DNA from: Chrysomallon squamiferum
Lineage: Eukaryota > Animalia > Mollusca
Reading direction: 5' to 3'
NCBI GenBank assembly: GCA_012295275.1
Contig: CM022669.1
Coordinates: 8,990,001 to 9,054,000 of the forward strand
Length of the DNA stretch: 64,000 nucleotides
The position numbers were made by a program, and so were the translations under genes. The notes beneath the pieces were generated by a model. It worked only from the letters and a program-made list of their open reading frames with translations. It did no database searches and had not been told where the DNA came from. Positions 44,592-58,108 of this stretch are shown one piece after another (positions within the stretch are counted from its first letter, which is position 1; every line of letters starts with the position of its first letter).

Positions 44592-44782
44592 GACCTCGCT
44601 GGAAACAAAAAAGAGAGAAAAATAGAGAGAGGGATGCAAAAAAAAAAAAAAACACCCCAAAACATAAAAAGATGGAGAAAATCTTGTTAGTTGATGCAGT
44701 TTTTCAAATGCTGAAACGATTGTTGACTTCATTTGTATTTGGGAATAATATTTACTTTCGTACTTAACATTTTTCATCAGTG

Positions 44783-44816
<34 letters not shown>

Positions 44817-44942
44817 TTTATTTTAAACACTTTATGTACATATGGACTGGGGAATTCCGTAAGTAATTTATACTAATTTATCTGTTTGTTATAAATAAAT
44901 TAATTTATGAAAAGACATTATCTTTTGATATCTTTCCATTTA

Positions 44943-45013
<71 letters not shown>

Positions 45014-45448
45014 ACGTTTGCGTCCTCATTCTTCTGTTTACTCACATAATAAATGTACAAATGTGCACGATCCATGCGACAACTCTAACCACTGGACCTA
45101 CACTTGTCTCATATTTGCTAATACAGAGTATCTTTTAAATGTTGATTGATTTCTGGGGTTATTTTTTTTAGGGATTTCGGCGACATTAGTTTTCAAATTA
45201 AACCGAATCTTAAAAACTTAAAAAAGAATGCATGCAACGTAATCTTGAGAATACTAAATACCAGTCTTTTGTTGTATAACGATGTTTTATTTCAGTTTTT
45301 AGAGGGAATTTTTCTTCAGACAAGTGTATTCAATGAGCTGTCGTTAAAAAATAAATGAAAATGCCATGTACTGATTTTTAATTTATAATGAGTGTGTTTG
45401 TGTGTGCACATTTTAGGTGAGTATAATAGAGACAGTGAGAAAAATGCA

Positions 45449-45536
<88 letters not shown>

Positions 45537-45923
45537 GATCTAAACAAAACAGAACTGGAACAAAACGTCTATAATAATGTGCATCAAAGACAAAAATAAA
45601 CTTTCTCTCTCATTCTTTATTTCCTCGTTTACTTTCTGGGTCGCTGTGGAAACTGGAAACATATTTATAACAAAGAGAAATAAACTTACCTGTCGACAAA
45701 TAAACAGACACAATCGCAAACACAGAGATCAGCGGAAACTAACATATACTATATATATATATATATATACAGACACATTGGTCACTGACCAAAAATAAAT
45801 CTTTTTGAACGGAACCATATTGACCTATATGAATTATTTATCATTTTCACAAATATATAGTGTTCGTATTTACTTTTTAAATATAGCTGCATTTTGATTC
45901 ATCCAGAATTTAAAAATAGAAGA

Positions 45924-46035
<112 letters not shown>

Positions 46036-46479
46036 CACACACAAAAAAAAAACAAGGTGGGTGAGGGAAAAAAAAAATAAGAGAATATATTAAGAACGCA
46101 GATAAAGATGATTCATTGTCGTTACTCTGACGTCATTTTAGTCAACAGAAGTCGACTGAGTAAAACTGTGACGTAGAGAGAAAAACCGACATTTACTTAT
46201 TATTTTTTATTTATTTATTTTTTAAAATTAATCCTTTACTTTATCCACCATGCAAAATGAAACAATTTTAAGAAACATTTTTATATTTTAAATGTTTTAT
46301 TTTTTTGGGGTGAGGGGTGGAGGAGGGGTTAAATCGTATTATCTTCGTTCTGTTCTGTGAATAAACGACAAATGAATCACTAACTTTCCAACAAAACAAA
46401 CCACGTTTAGTGCGCTTTAGCATGCCCAGCACAAGCATACTTGAACATTTTGCGCACGTGACTATTGATATAAAATTTA

Positions 46480-46530
<51 letters not shown>

Positions 46531-46935
46531 GTGTGTCTGTGTTTGTTTGTGTGTGTTTCTGACTTGGACAAAATTCACTGCGATATTCTAAACTTGTGAT
46601 CGTTACAGGCACACAGAGACGTTCAGCAAAGCTTACTGGTTATTATTACGTACACCATCTGTTACCAGTGCGCTAGGAAACTGTTGTTACGTAACAACAC
46701 CGCGCTGTACTCACAGCAGTCACCAACAATTAGAACAAAGAAACGTCTCAATTACGTAGAGTTCGCGCTTCTGATCAAAGTCAATATTACGTAATCTCCA
46801 GAGTGATTCCGCCTCCCTAGTGATTAAAATGAATAACGACGAGCAGCAAACTGTAATTTTCTTAATAACTGAAAGAAATTAGGAATCGATATTCTTCTTG
46901 TCTTGAACGAAAAACTAATGTAATTTATAGATTCA

Positions 46936-47016
<81 letters not shown>

Positions 47017-47205
47017 AATAAAAAAAGAGTTTATTTTCACGTTATTTCTTCTTCCCTTTCTCTGTATTTATAATCATATGAATCAACAAGAGACGACATC
47101 AACACAGCGCCAGCGTTCTCTAAACGTTTGACATCGTTACACCAGTGTAAACTGAACTCCCCATTTTAATATAATATTCCAAACAACAAGCCACATATAA
47201 TAATA

Positions 47206-47236
<31 letters not shown>

Positions 47237-47678
47237 TAACAAGCAGTGCACTTTTATTCCAAAACTATTTGGCAGTTGTGTTTCGTCAGACGGAGTCGAG
47301 GTTCGTCTTAATTCCAGAGACTACGCTAAATATGACGTTTCCATGACAAGATGACGTTTTCTAATTACAGAGGCAGCGTGACGCCATTTCTGACAGATGC
47401 GTTTGGAAGATAGTATCGGATATGGCAATAAATTCATTAAAAACATGTCATCTCGAGCTGCAGTCATTAAACGAAACGAAATAAATAATAGTGTTGACAT
47501 TTTATACTTTTTATATATTTTGTTTATTTTATTATTATTATTATTATTATTATTTTTAGTTTGTTTTCTTTTTCTTTTGGGGTGGTGTGATTGAATATTG
47601 AATATAAATAATTCATTACAACAGAATATCAGTTTAAAAAGAAACAATAATAATAATTTAAAAAACCCACCCTAGAAC

Positions 47679-47765
<87 letters not shown>

Positions 47766-47879
47766 ACGGAAAGAATGAAAAATAGAAAGTTTATCAATAA
47801 TCAAGATTTTGTGTATAAAACTAAAAAAAAAAAACCAAAAAAAAAAAAGCCACCAACATCATCATCAAATCTTCTGTTT

Positions 47880-48005
47880 CAGTCTTTCTATTTATATCTC
47901 TGTCTTTCTATTTATATTTCTGTCTTTCTATTTATATACCTGTCTTTCTATTTATATAACTGTCTTTCTATTTATATATCTGTCTTTTCATTTATATATC
48001 TGTCT
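47880..48005. repeat. 20-bp tandem repeat (TGTCTTTCTATTTATATATC), ~6 copies
   Basis: Directly visible 20-nt periodicity. Confidence 0.9.
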
Positions 48006-48435
48006 CTCTGCCTGTAACATAGTCACATACATACAGACATGGATAGACAGGCTTGAGAAAATCAGTTAATACACTGTTAATACCAGCATCATCATCATCA
48101 TTATCAACATCACCATTTCTATGTTGATCATCTTCATCATCAGCGACATCGAGACTGAATGAAATCATTCTCATAATAAATCGAGTAGGTCAAAGATATA
48201 CACATCCCTAAGCCTGATCACACTTTGCACTCACAAACCATCTTGATGAAGTTTACGAAGAAAATGTCTGCATGTGTGATGAAAGGTCAGGGGTAAATAA
48301 ATAACAAACAGTGAGGTAATTAAATATTTGTTTATTTTCGCAAGTTCTCTCACGTACTTTGATATCTCTAGTCATCTAACACGTTCTGTGATTTTATCTT
48401 TTCTATTTAACCTATGTCAGTTCCAACTAATGTAA

Positions 48436-48661
<226 letters not shown>

Positions 48662-49074
48662 GTGAAAACAAAAAAACAAGTTTCAAACTTACCTTTTTTT
48701 GTATCAAAAACCCTGTTACGTTAGATAGATTGTGTTTTGGAGAGAAAGCTACTTAAATATGAGTTATAGTTTAGAGGTGGAAAAACACTTGCATTGTGTG
48801 GAAACGTCAGCGGTTTGTTTTGTTGTTTTGTTTTTCTTTTTTCTCTCTCTATTGTTGTAGCGATGTGCGCCAAACTTGTGGGCGTTGACTTATTATGTTC
48901 ACACACTTACCTAAACATCGTTTTGTGCATTCCACGCATAAATGTGTTTACAGAGGCTGCTTCTTTGACGTTCACACGTTCCAAAGAATTCTCCAAATTA
49001 AAACGGAAACCTTAACAGTTCAAGAACTGAACAGAAATTAGGACAGCGGAACAACTATATTTACATAAATGTTA

Positions 49075-49102
49075 AAGAATAATACGTATTTACTTTATTT
49101 AC

Positions 49103-49149
<47 letters not shown>

Positions 49150-49210
49150 CGTATTATTCTTTATATATATATATATAAATAAATACGTAAATAAAGTAAA
49201 TACGTATTAT

Positions 49211-49212
<2 letters not shown>
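49075..49212. repeat. Nested inverted repeat around (TA)n spacers
   Basis: AATAATACGTATTTACTTTATTTACGTA (~49078-49105) is the reverse complement of TACGTAAATAAAGTAAATACGTATTATT (~49183-49211). A partial third arm lies at 49141-49162. Confidence 0.85.
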
Positions 49213-49247
<35 letters not shown>

Positions 49248-49700
49248 GATTATAAACTTATGTCTGTGTGTATTTTAAATATGTTTCTGAAACGTATAAT
49301 ATTATTAAGGACAATACGTCAATTTTTTTTTTTTTTTTTAAAAAAAAATAATTATAAAAATTCAAAAGTAAAAAAAAGGTCTAAAGAAAAAAACAAGTTT
49401 AATTCTGCGCACGTCACAGAAAAGTCACGTGACAGAACTCCACATGGAATACTTGGTGTAATTAACGTGCACTGACACGTGAGAGAGCTGAGAAAGATGC
49501 AAGTCATTATTATTTTTATAATTAGTATCCGGTCTGTGACAGTGGTTGTCAAACACTGGCTTCAGTGATTAGTTTTTATATCTAGTAAATTTAATTAATT
49601 TTGAAAAGAAATTAAATAAACTGACCAAGCTAGATATATATATATATATATATAATATATATATATAAATCTGAAGAAAAAAACATTCGTTTAAGATCAA

Positions 49701-49786
<86 letters not shown>

Positions 49787-50380
49787 GTTGTTGTACTTCA
49801 TTATTAGGAAACGTTGGTGTTGTATAAGAAATATACCAGTGACTTGATAATATACAACATATATTTAGATAACGTTTTCTTTATCAGAACAAATAAACCT
49901 CCATAACCCGAAAAAAAAAACCCCAACTAATTCGTTTTATTTATTTCTGTCTAGAAATAATTAAGTATCGAATTTTGTTTTCCTTTTTTTTCTTCTTCTT
50001 TTTCATATCACTGAACAAAGTGAAATGAGAAGAGCAATGTTTGAAATGAATATTGATAAAAAATTGTCGTGAGTGTGTAATTAAAGTTTATTTTGTATTC
50101 CATCCGATGTTACGACTTAGATGTGTCAAACTTAACAAAACAAATTTCTTTTTTTTCTACGTCTTAGTCTGAAGGGAAACTTAAGGCCAGAATTAAATCA
50201 AAGAATGAAAATTTTAAACAAAAGTGGATGATTGTATTTCATTAATTTAGAGGAGAAAAAAGAAATAAGGAAAAAGAATGTAAAGAAAGAAGAAAACAAC
50301 ACACATTTTTTTTTTACTTGAAGACGATCATGTAAAAAACATACAATTCTGGAGACAAACAATTATATATATATATATAT

Positions 50381-50477
<97 letters not shown>

Positions 50478-51209
50478 GGTTCTCTTTTTTCTTTTGTTTC
50501 TGTTACGTTTATTTTTCTTTCTGAATCTTGAAATTTTGTTCTTTCAGTCAATAAATTTAAATTATTATAATTATTTTTTTTTTATTAATAAGATAGAGAA
50601 AAATTATCTGTAATATCAGTATTATCGATTTTAAAGAAAAACAAATAGAAATAAATTGAGTCTTGTGTTTCTAGACTTTACAAATACACAGAGTGTTACT
50701 GATGTGTGCATTTACAAACATCATCAGATCATCACCACTACTGTTACTTCTAATATTACGACTACTACTACGATTACTTTTATTACTATCACAGTTATCC
50801 ATTATTACAACTGCTACTACAACTACTGCTGCTGCTGCTTCTACTACTACTACTACTACTATGACCACTGTTATTATACCACAAATATCCACTACTACTA
50901 CAACTACTACTATTGCTACTACTCATACTATTACTGCTACTTTTACTTCTATTAGTACTACTACAACTACTTTTAATACTGCTACTATTACTACTGTTAT
51001 TATTATTACTACTACAACTACGTCTGCTGTTACTCTACCACTACTGCGACTACTATTACTATTTCCATGCTAGTACTATTATTACTAATACTACTATTAC
51101 TAGTTACAGCTATTAGTAGTAGGACTACTGCTACTACTACTGGCACTACTGATCAGTACCTTTATAAGTGTATGATCTACTTGTATTATTTATTTCCATG
51201 TCTTCCGTA

Positions 51210-51257
<48 letters not shown>

Positions 51258-51263
51258 ACACAA

Positions 51264-51298
<35 letters not shown>

Positions 51299-51650
51299 TT
51301 TTTGATGAATGGCTTTGACGTACTACTTACCACTGAAGATCAAGTGACGTTTTTAATTTTGTGAAAAATAACCTTTGACCTGTCTCGTGTGGTTAGCTAT
51401 GACCGAACTTTTACCAACAATTTTCTATTTCCCTGGTGAACGATTCAATTACACCGGACGGAGGATCGTCAGACACAAATAAATTTCCGTGTAATTTCAT
51501 CCGAGAGGAGATCAAAACTCCACTAATTCAGCTGTCATTCATCTTTGTGCTGTTGTCTTCCAGCCACGGCTTCCGAGAAAATAAACACTTCTGTTAAACC
51601 ATTATTAAGTAACGGTTACACCGTGCGCCCCTTTAAGAAGAAAAAAGAAC

Positions 51651-51682
<32 letters not shown>

Positions 51683-54600
51683 GGTGTCAAATATCACAGA
51701 CAACAAAACAATTAGAACACCGGAACAGAAATTGGTAACAATTCCCATTATGAAATACTTTAAAATTTATTTATTTAATTTTTTTTTTTTTTTTTTTTTT
51801 TTTAATCGTTGTTTTTTATTTATTTTGTTTATTTGTTATTTTTTGAGGCTTAGATTTAAATTTTCCATTTCCTTTCAACTTCCCATTCGTCCATAATTTT
51901 ATTTGTAGTGGAAAAAAATGGCGGAGTTGGATGGAGTGCCGGAAATTGTGAATCACTGTTAATTAGGAAAAATAGAATAAACTGGTTCTGTTTTGAAGCT
52001 GAAAGTTTTAAAAAAAAAAAAAAAAAAAATAAAAAATTAAAATGATAATAAAAATAAAATCTGTGTCAGAACTAACTGATGTTTTCTTTTCTTGTTTTGT
52101 TTTAAAGAACAAACTATAGTTTTAGTTTTAAAAAGTTTTTTTTTTTTTTTTGTATCTGTGTGTACGTGTGCGCAAGCGCAGTATTCTCTGTGGGTTGCAA
52201 CCTGAATAACTTCACCGCTGACTGGTAAAATACGTCAACAACTGAAAATTAAATCTAAACAACTTATTAATTTGTCTAAAAAAAAAAAAAAAATATATAA
52301 AAAAAAAAATAAAAAAAGCTACTTATGCTTTATTGTGTTATTGAAAAGCAACAATTCCGTATGTCTTTGTTAATGTCTATGTTGATGTCTGTGTTAATGC
52401 CTGTGTTGATATTCGTGTTGATGTTCTTGTTGATGCATGTCTTAACTTGTGTGTTTTAAATAATTGTGCGGACGATGCCTGTTTACATAAACTGAGTGGA
52501 CAACATGTTAAGATAATTAAACCGGAAATGACAAATTTCGCTCGACTGCGCAGTGTCCAGCGCGCCATTGTTTGCCTCGTTTCGAGACTACTAAATGGCT
52601 CATCCTGAAACACGGAAGCTCTGGCCCTGGACGACAAAAACAAGACAGTGAAGTGATTAGAGAATGAAAAAAACGCAAGACTTCTGTCCGTGTCTGCTCC
52701 GTGTTTGGTTTCTACGAGCAAAATACCTTTAACTAATCGCTGGTAATTCTAAATCAATTCCCGGCATTGACAGCCAGGAAATGAGGGACTTTACCATATT
52801 TGCTCTCTCGGTATTTCCATCAGCGTCCTAATTCCGCGTGTTTAACTTAAAACAATACATGGAAATCGCTTTGGGAGGACATCGGCTTAGCGCAGCTCGG
52901 AGATCAGAACTTTTTTTTTTCTTGATTAATAAAACATTAAGCCAAGACGAGTGAATGAGAAGTAGAAATCACTGGAGGAATATTTGATTATGCGACGGCT
53001 CAGCGCATAATTATTAGTTATTAGCGGCTAATCATGTAATTATTTTTTTGAATTATTATTTCTGTTGTGTAGGAAGATGAAGTAAGAACGGAACTCTGCT
53101 GCTGTTTGTTAGCAACAAAGAACATTCGGACGAAGACGTCAGAGGACTAATCCGAACGGGAAACAGCTCAAATAACCCGCACTGTTTAGTACTAGCGTAT
53201 AATCAGTGAAGATGCTCCTGATTTTACACGTAAAAGGGTTAACAAGAAATCGTGATTAGTTAATGTAGATATTGAAATGAAAGCGCAAATAAAATATAAC
53301 ACAATAAAATTAATTTAAAGTGACGTAAATAAAAGAAATAAAATGAAAAATTATAAAATTAACAATAATTACATTTTTTTTTTTTTTTTTCAGAAATATG
53401 CATTACATATGGGGAAAAAAGAAGAAAAAAAAAAAAAAAATTTGTTTTCATTTGTTTGATGAAATATGTGTTTAGTGAACTTTAGGGTACATGAATGTAT
53501 TTGTTATCTTTCTGCTCAGCCAAATCACGATGACTAGGCAAAAAATATATATAAATAATAATTTTCTAAGAAAAGAGGAGGGGTAATGACTAAAAAAATG
53601 AAATAAAAAAAAAAAAAAAAAAAAAAAAGAAGAAGAAAAGGTTGTAAACGAAAAGTTTATCAAAAGTTCATCATTCTGGTCATCATCATCATCATCATCA
53701 TCATCAGTAGCAGAGGCATCCGAAGAATAATATGGCAACTACAACAACAACAACAACAGTTACTTCTACTACGGCTACTCCTCTTAAAAATAACAACAAC
53801 AACAACAACAATAATTATATATGATGCAATAATTTTAAACCGTTCTTTTTTAAATTATTTTTATTTTCTTTTTCTTTTTAATTTTTCTTTTTAAATTTTT
53901 TTAAATATCTATTTTCATATCCTGATGATAACACCAGCAAAGCTTCCCTATCTAATAGCGTCCCACTTACAGTTAAAAAAAATAAAAAAAGTCTTTGATC
54001 TCCACCAACAAAGGCTAAAACGAGATATCACATTTAACACTGTATTGTCAAAATAACCTGTTTCTTTGTCCTGGCCAATAAAACACCATTTTATAGTAGA
54101 AACCTTATAGAAAAAGTAGAAAAAAAAAACCCAAAATACATTTTATTATTATTATTATTATTATATTTTTGTTTTGTTTTGTTATCTCGGACAACTAATC
54201 AAATGGTTATTGGGATGTAAAATGCGTTTGATGTTTATTTATCTAAAATAATTTATCGTCAGGGACTCAGGCGCGGATCTGGGATGGTACATGACACTCA
54301 CCCTCTACAACCTGAAAATCTGTTCCAGTTATTTTTTTTATACAGTATTCACCAGTAACACGAGAACAAAACCCCTACTTTATCATCAGTGGGGTTACGA
54401 TTGTACATTAATGTCGAATTTTCGCCGCTCGACAAAAACGTGTGACACCCTCCCCTGTTTAACACACCAGTCCCCCCACCCCCCCGAACTGGCGAGGGAT
54501 TCGTAGAGTTATTTCACGCACGCACAAAACACGTTAAACGTTATTGCGTCCACGCACCAGTGCGTGTTTTCACGTGCTGAAACACATTCTTCTGTTTTAT

Positions 54601-56286
54601 CTACGTCGTGTTTTGTTAGATCTGATGATCGACTGATAAACTTCATACATGCGGCGTTTTATCAATGATGACATTTTTCCGGCTTGATGACAAACATGTA
54701 CAAGGTTATTTAGATAAAATGTACTTTTAATTTGACATTTGTTACTGTTAAGAAATTAGGAAAAAAATATACAAAACAAAAATTAATAAATATCGAATAA
54801 ATTTTGAAAAAACAACAAAAACAACAAAAAAATAAAACCATACACAAACAAAACTAAAATTAAATTATTAAATATCTACTACATTTTTTAAATTTTCCTG
54901 TGTTTTGAATTATCAAAGTTAAATACAAGTCAACAACAACAACGTTTCATTTATATTTTGATAATAACCTGAATTTTAAAATTTATTATTTTAAAATCAC
55001 ATATTCAGTGTAGCTATGATTTATTTATTAGTTTTTTGTTGTTGTGTTATGACTGGATCACAAACTTCTAATTAGTGACATTATTTCAACACACAGAAAT
55101 CTTTTCTGTTTCGTGTCAAACACATATCACACATTCACTACCAAGAAAAAATCTAGCTGATTTTGTTTCCATTAGCAACTAATTATTATTTCTATTATTA
55201 TTATTGTTATTGTTGTTGTTGTTATTATTATTATTGTTGTTATTGTTGTTGTTGTTGTTATTATTATTATTATTATTATTAGTTGTAGTAGTAGTATTAG
55301 TTAGTAGTAGTAGTATTCAGTTTTTCTAACAAACCTTCCCACCTTTGGTAACCAGACTTGGAGTACTGGTTGGAATGGACAAATAACACAATCGTAGTAA
55401 TTCAGTGCTCTAACCACTAAGCTACTAACTGATCAGTAATATTCTGTTACACCTAACAAATAACACACAACCAAAAGAAACAAATTTGAGCGTGTGTAGG
55501 TGTCTGTGTATAAATCCACCAGAAGAATCCTACAAAACAACAACAACACACAAACAAAATCCCAGTAGAATAATACAACAACAACAAACAAACAAATAAT
55601 AAGAACAAAATCAATCATTCTACACTTTACAATTCTGTGATTCATCGAATACAACGATTTGTTTTACCAACATAAATTATATATAAAAATCACAGAAAAC
55701 ATTTTGTATGTCGTTAACGATTTCTGAACTTAATTACAAAATCTTTGTCCAGTTAAAGGAATTTTTTTTATTTAGCTACATCTGCCTTTCTCACAGACAA
55801 TTAATTACAGAATACTTACAAACCGATTAAACGGTTGTACATACATAAACAGTTTAATGTTCAAAGCTCAAATGTGACAAATCAGTTAATTGAAAGTTAC
55901 ACAACACTTACTTCAATGCACAAAGTGAATGATAATGCAGTTTTTATAGGAAATTGTTACACAATTATTGTCTTTATTTCTATTTTTAGTAACAGTCTGA
56001 ATAATTCATTTTAACGAACCACGCTGACAGTAGCAGTGACGACGACAATAGCAGCGACGAGGTATTTGAGTAAATTTATATCATGCGTGTAAATCTTGCA
56101 GAAAACACTTATACAAACACAAACACACAATAAACACATGTACAAACAGAATATGTATTACATGTATGCAAAACATACATACATACATACATACATGTAC
56201 ATATACACAAACAGGATATGTGTGTGTGTGTGTGTGTGTATAGATGCATGTATATACCTACATACAAACATACACAAATTATATGC

Positions 56287-56415
56287 GACCGAAGGGGTGT
56301 CATATGTTCGAGTCTCGTTCGGAGAATCTGACGGGTTTGTGAGGATTTTGTCCTCCTGCGCCAGAGCGTTCTCGAATATAGTCTATGTACAGAGTCTAAT
56401 CAGATCAGAACATTC
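56287..56415 (+). mobile_element. SINE-like dispersed repeat, copy 2
   Basis: Second copy of 41790-41930, followed by (CA)n. Confidence 0.7.
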
Positions 56416-56419
56416 AGTT

Positions 56420-56465
<46 letters not shown>

Positions 56466-57032
56466 ACATACACATTCTAGTACGTAAAATTATCACACAT
56501 AACATACGTAATGCTTAATGATTAAAAATATATTTATTTTTTTGCTTTATTCATTAACTCATTCGTTATTTAGTTTTTTAGTTTTATTTTTGCCTTCACC
56601 TTCACCTACAAACTAGTACACTATTTCCCACAGATTTCCTTTAATACACCATAATTACGTACTCAGGTATATCTTTCTTTCTTTCTTTCTTTCTTTTGTG
56701 TGTGTGTGTGTGTGTGTGGTTGTGTGTGTGTGTGTGTTCTACAAAAAACTGTTTAAATTATTTTAACGATTTCAACAAACACGCACGTGTTTGTTTACTC
56801 GCGTTTTTCAAACTTCACACTCACGAGTTGATAATCTAAACAGATCACTGGATGTGTTCATGCACGTGGAAAACACGTCACAGAGGCTGTTACTTTCACA
56901 CTGTGAGTACTCAGAGATCACATCTGATAGTTTTACAAGTCTGTAAAACAAGAAACGAAGAATTGATGTTAACACGATTACTTTACAAACATCACGTGTA
57001 TACAGGCCTGCAAAATACCGTGACTGAAGTTC

Positions 57033-57063
<31 letters not shown>

Positions 57064-58060
57064 GTTCATATATATATATAAATGGACATCTAAAAATACC
57101 TGCTTAGTTATATACATATCCATACACACAACGTACACATGTACTTATAAAGACAGCATGCGCACACACACACACAAACACATTTATGCAACACAGGCAC
57201 ATACATACACACAAAAATATTAATGTAAATACCTACTTTACAGTCTTTTTATATATAAAATTTAAAAAATTTGTTTAAATCTATACAAAACAATCCTCAT
57301 GCCTAAAATATAATTTTTTTTTTTTTTTTTGCGAACTGGAAAAGAGGTCAAACCTTTGTTCATACATCACTTCCGCTCATGCGCGGTGTTTTGACGTCAG
57401 TCCGCCATGGACCGTTACACGTTTATGAAAGCAAACAAAATTATTTGCTTTGTTTAATAACGTATGACGTCATTATCACTTTAACATCCCCCACGTTATA
57501 CTCGACAACAAAAATTATGTAAATCTGTTTTAGTAATTATTAAAGAATTTTATTTGTTTTATTCTAATACTGCAACAGCGACAAGAGGAACAAAAATCAT
57601 TGCGACTTCTACGACAGCCTCAACCAACGCGAGCACAATTTCTAATGTAAGAAGAGTCGAAATCAGTGATATATGTTTTAAAGTTGAAAAGCTTGATTAT
57701 ATCTTACACACTGATTTATTTACAAACCATCTCTTCCGTCATTATAATCCTTTCAGAGTGTATCTGCTTTATAACTATATACTTTAAACAAATATATAGA
57801 CACAACATAGATTTATTTTTCATGAGTATATATCTGTTTTATAATGATGATCGTAAAATATTTATAGTAGAAAGAAAACATTAGATTTTTTTTTTTTTTT
57901 GGAAAATGATAGCGAACGTTGCCAAGTTTGAAATATAAACTCCTGTTTTGACACCGCCCATCAACATCATTTATTTGTGATATGAAAACAAAACTAATGA
58001 AATCTGCATTTAAAGCAGTGAGCGTTCGTTATGAATGAGTGTGTGCTTGAGTGTATGAAT

Positions 58061-58108
<48 letters not shown>

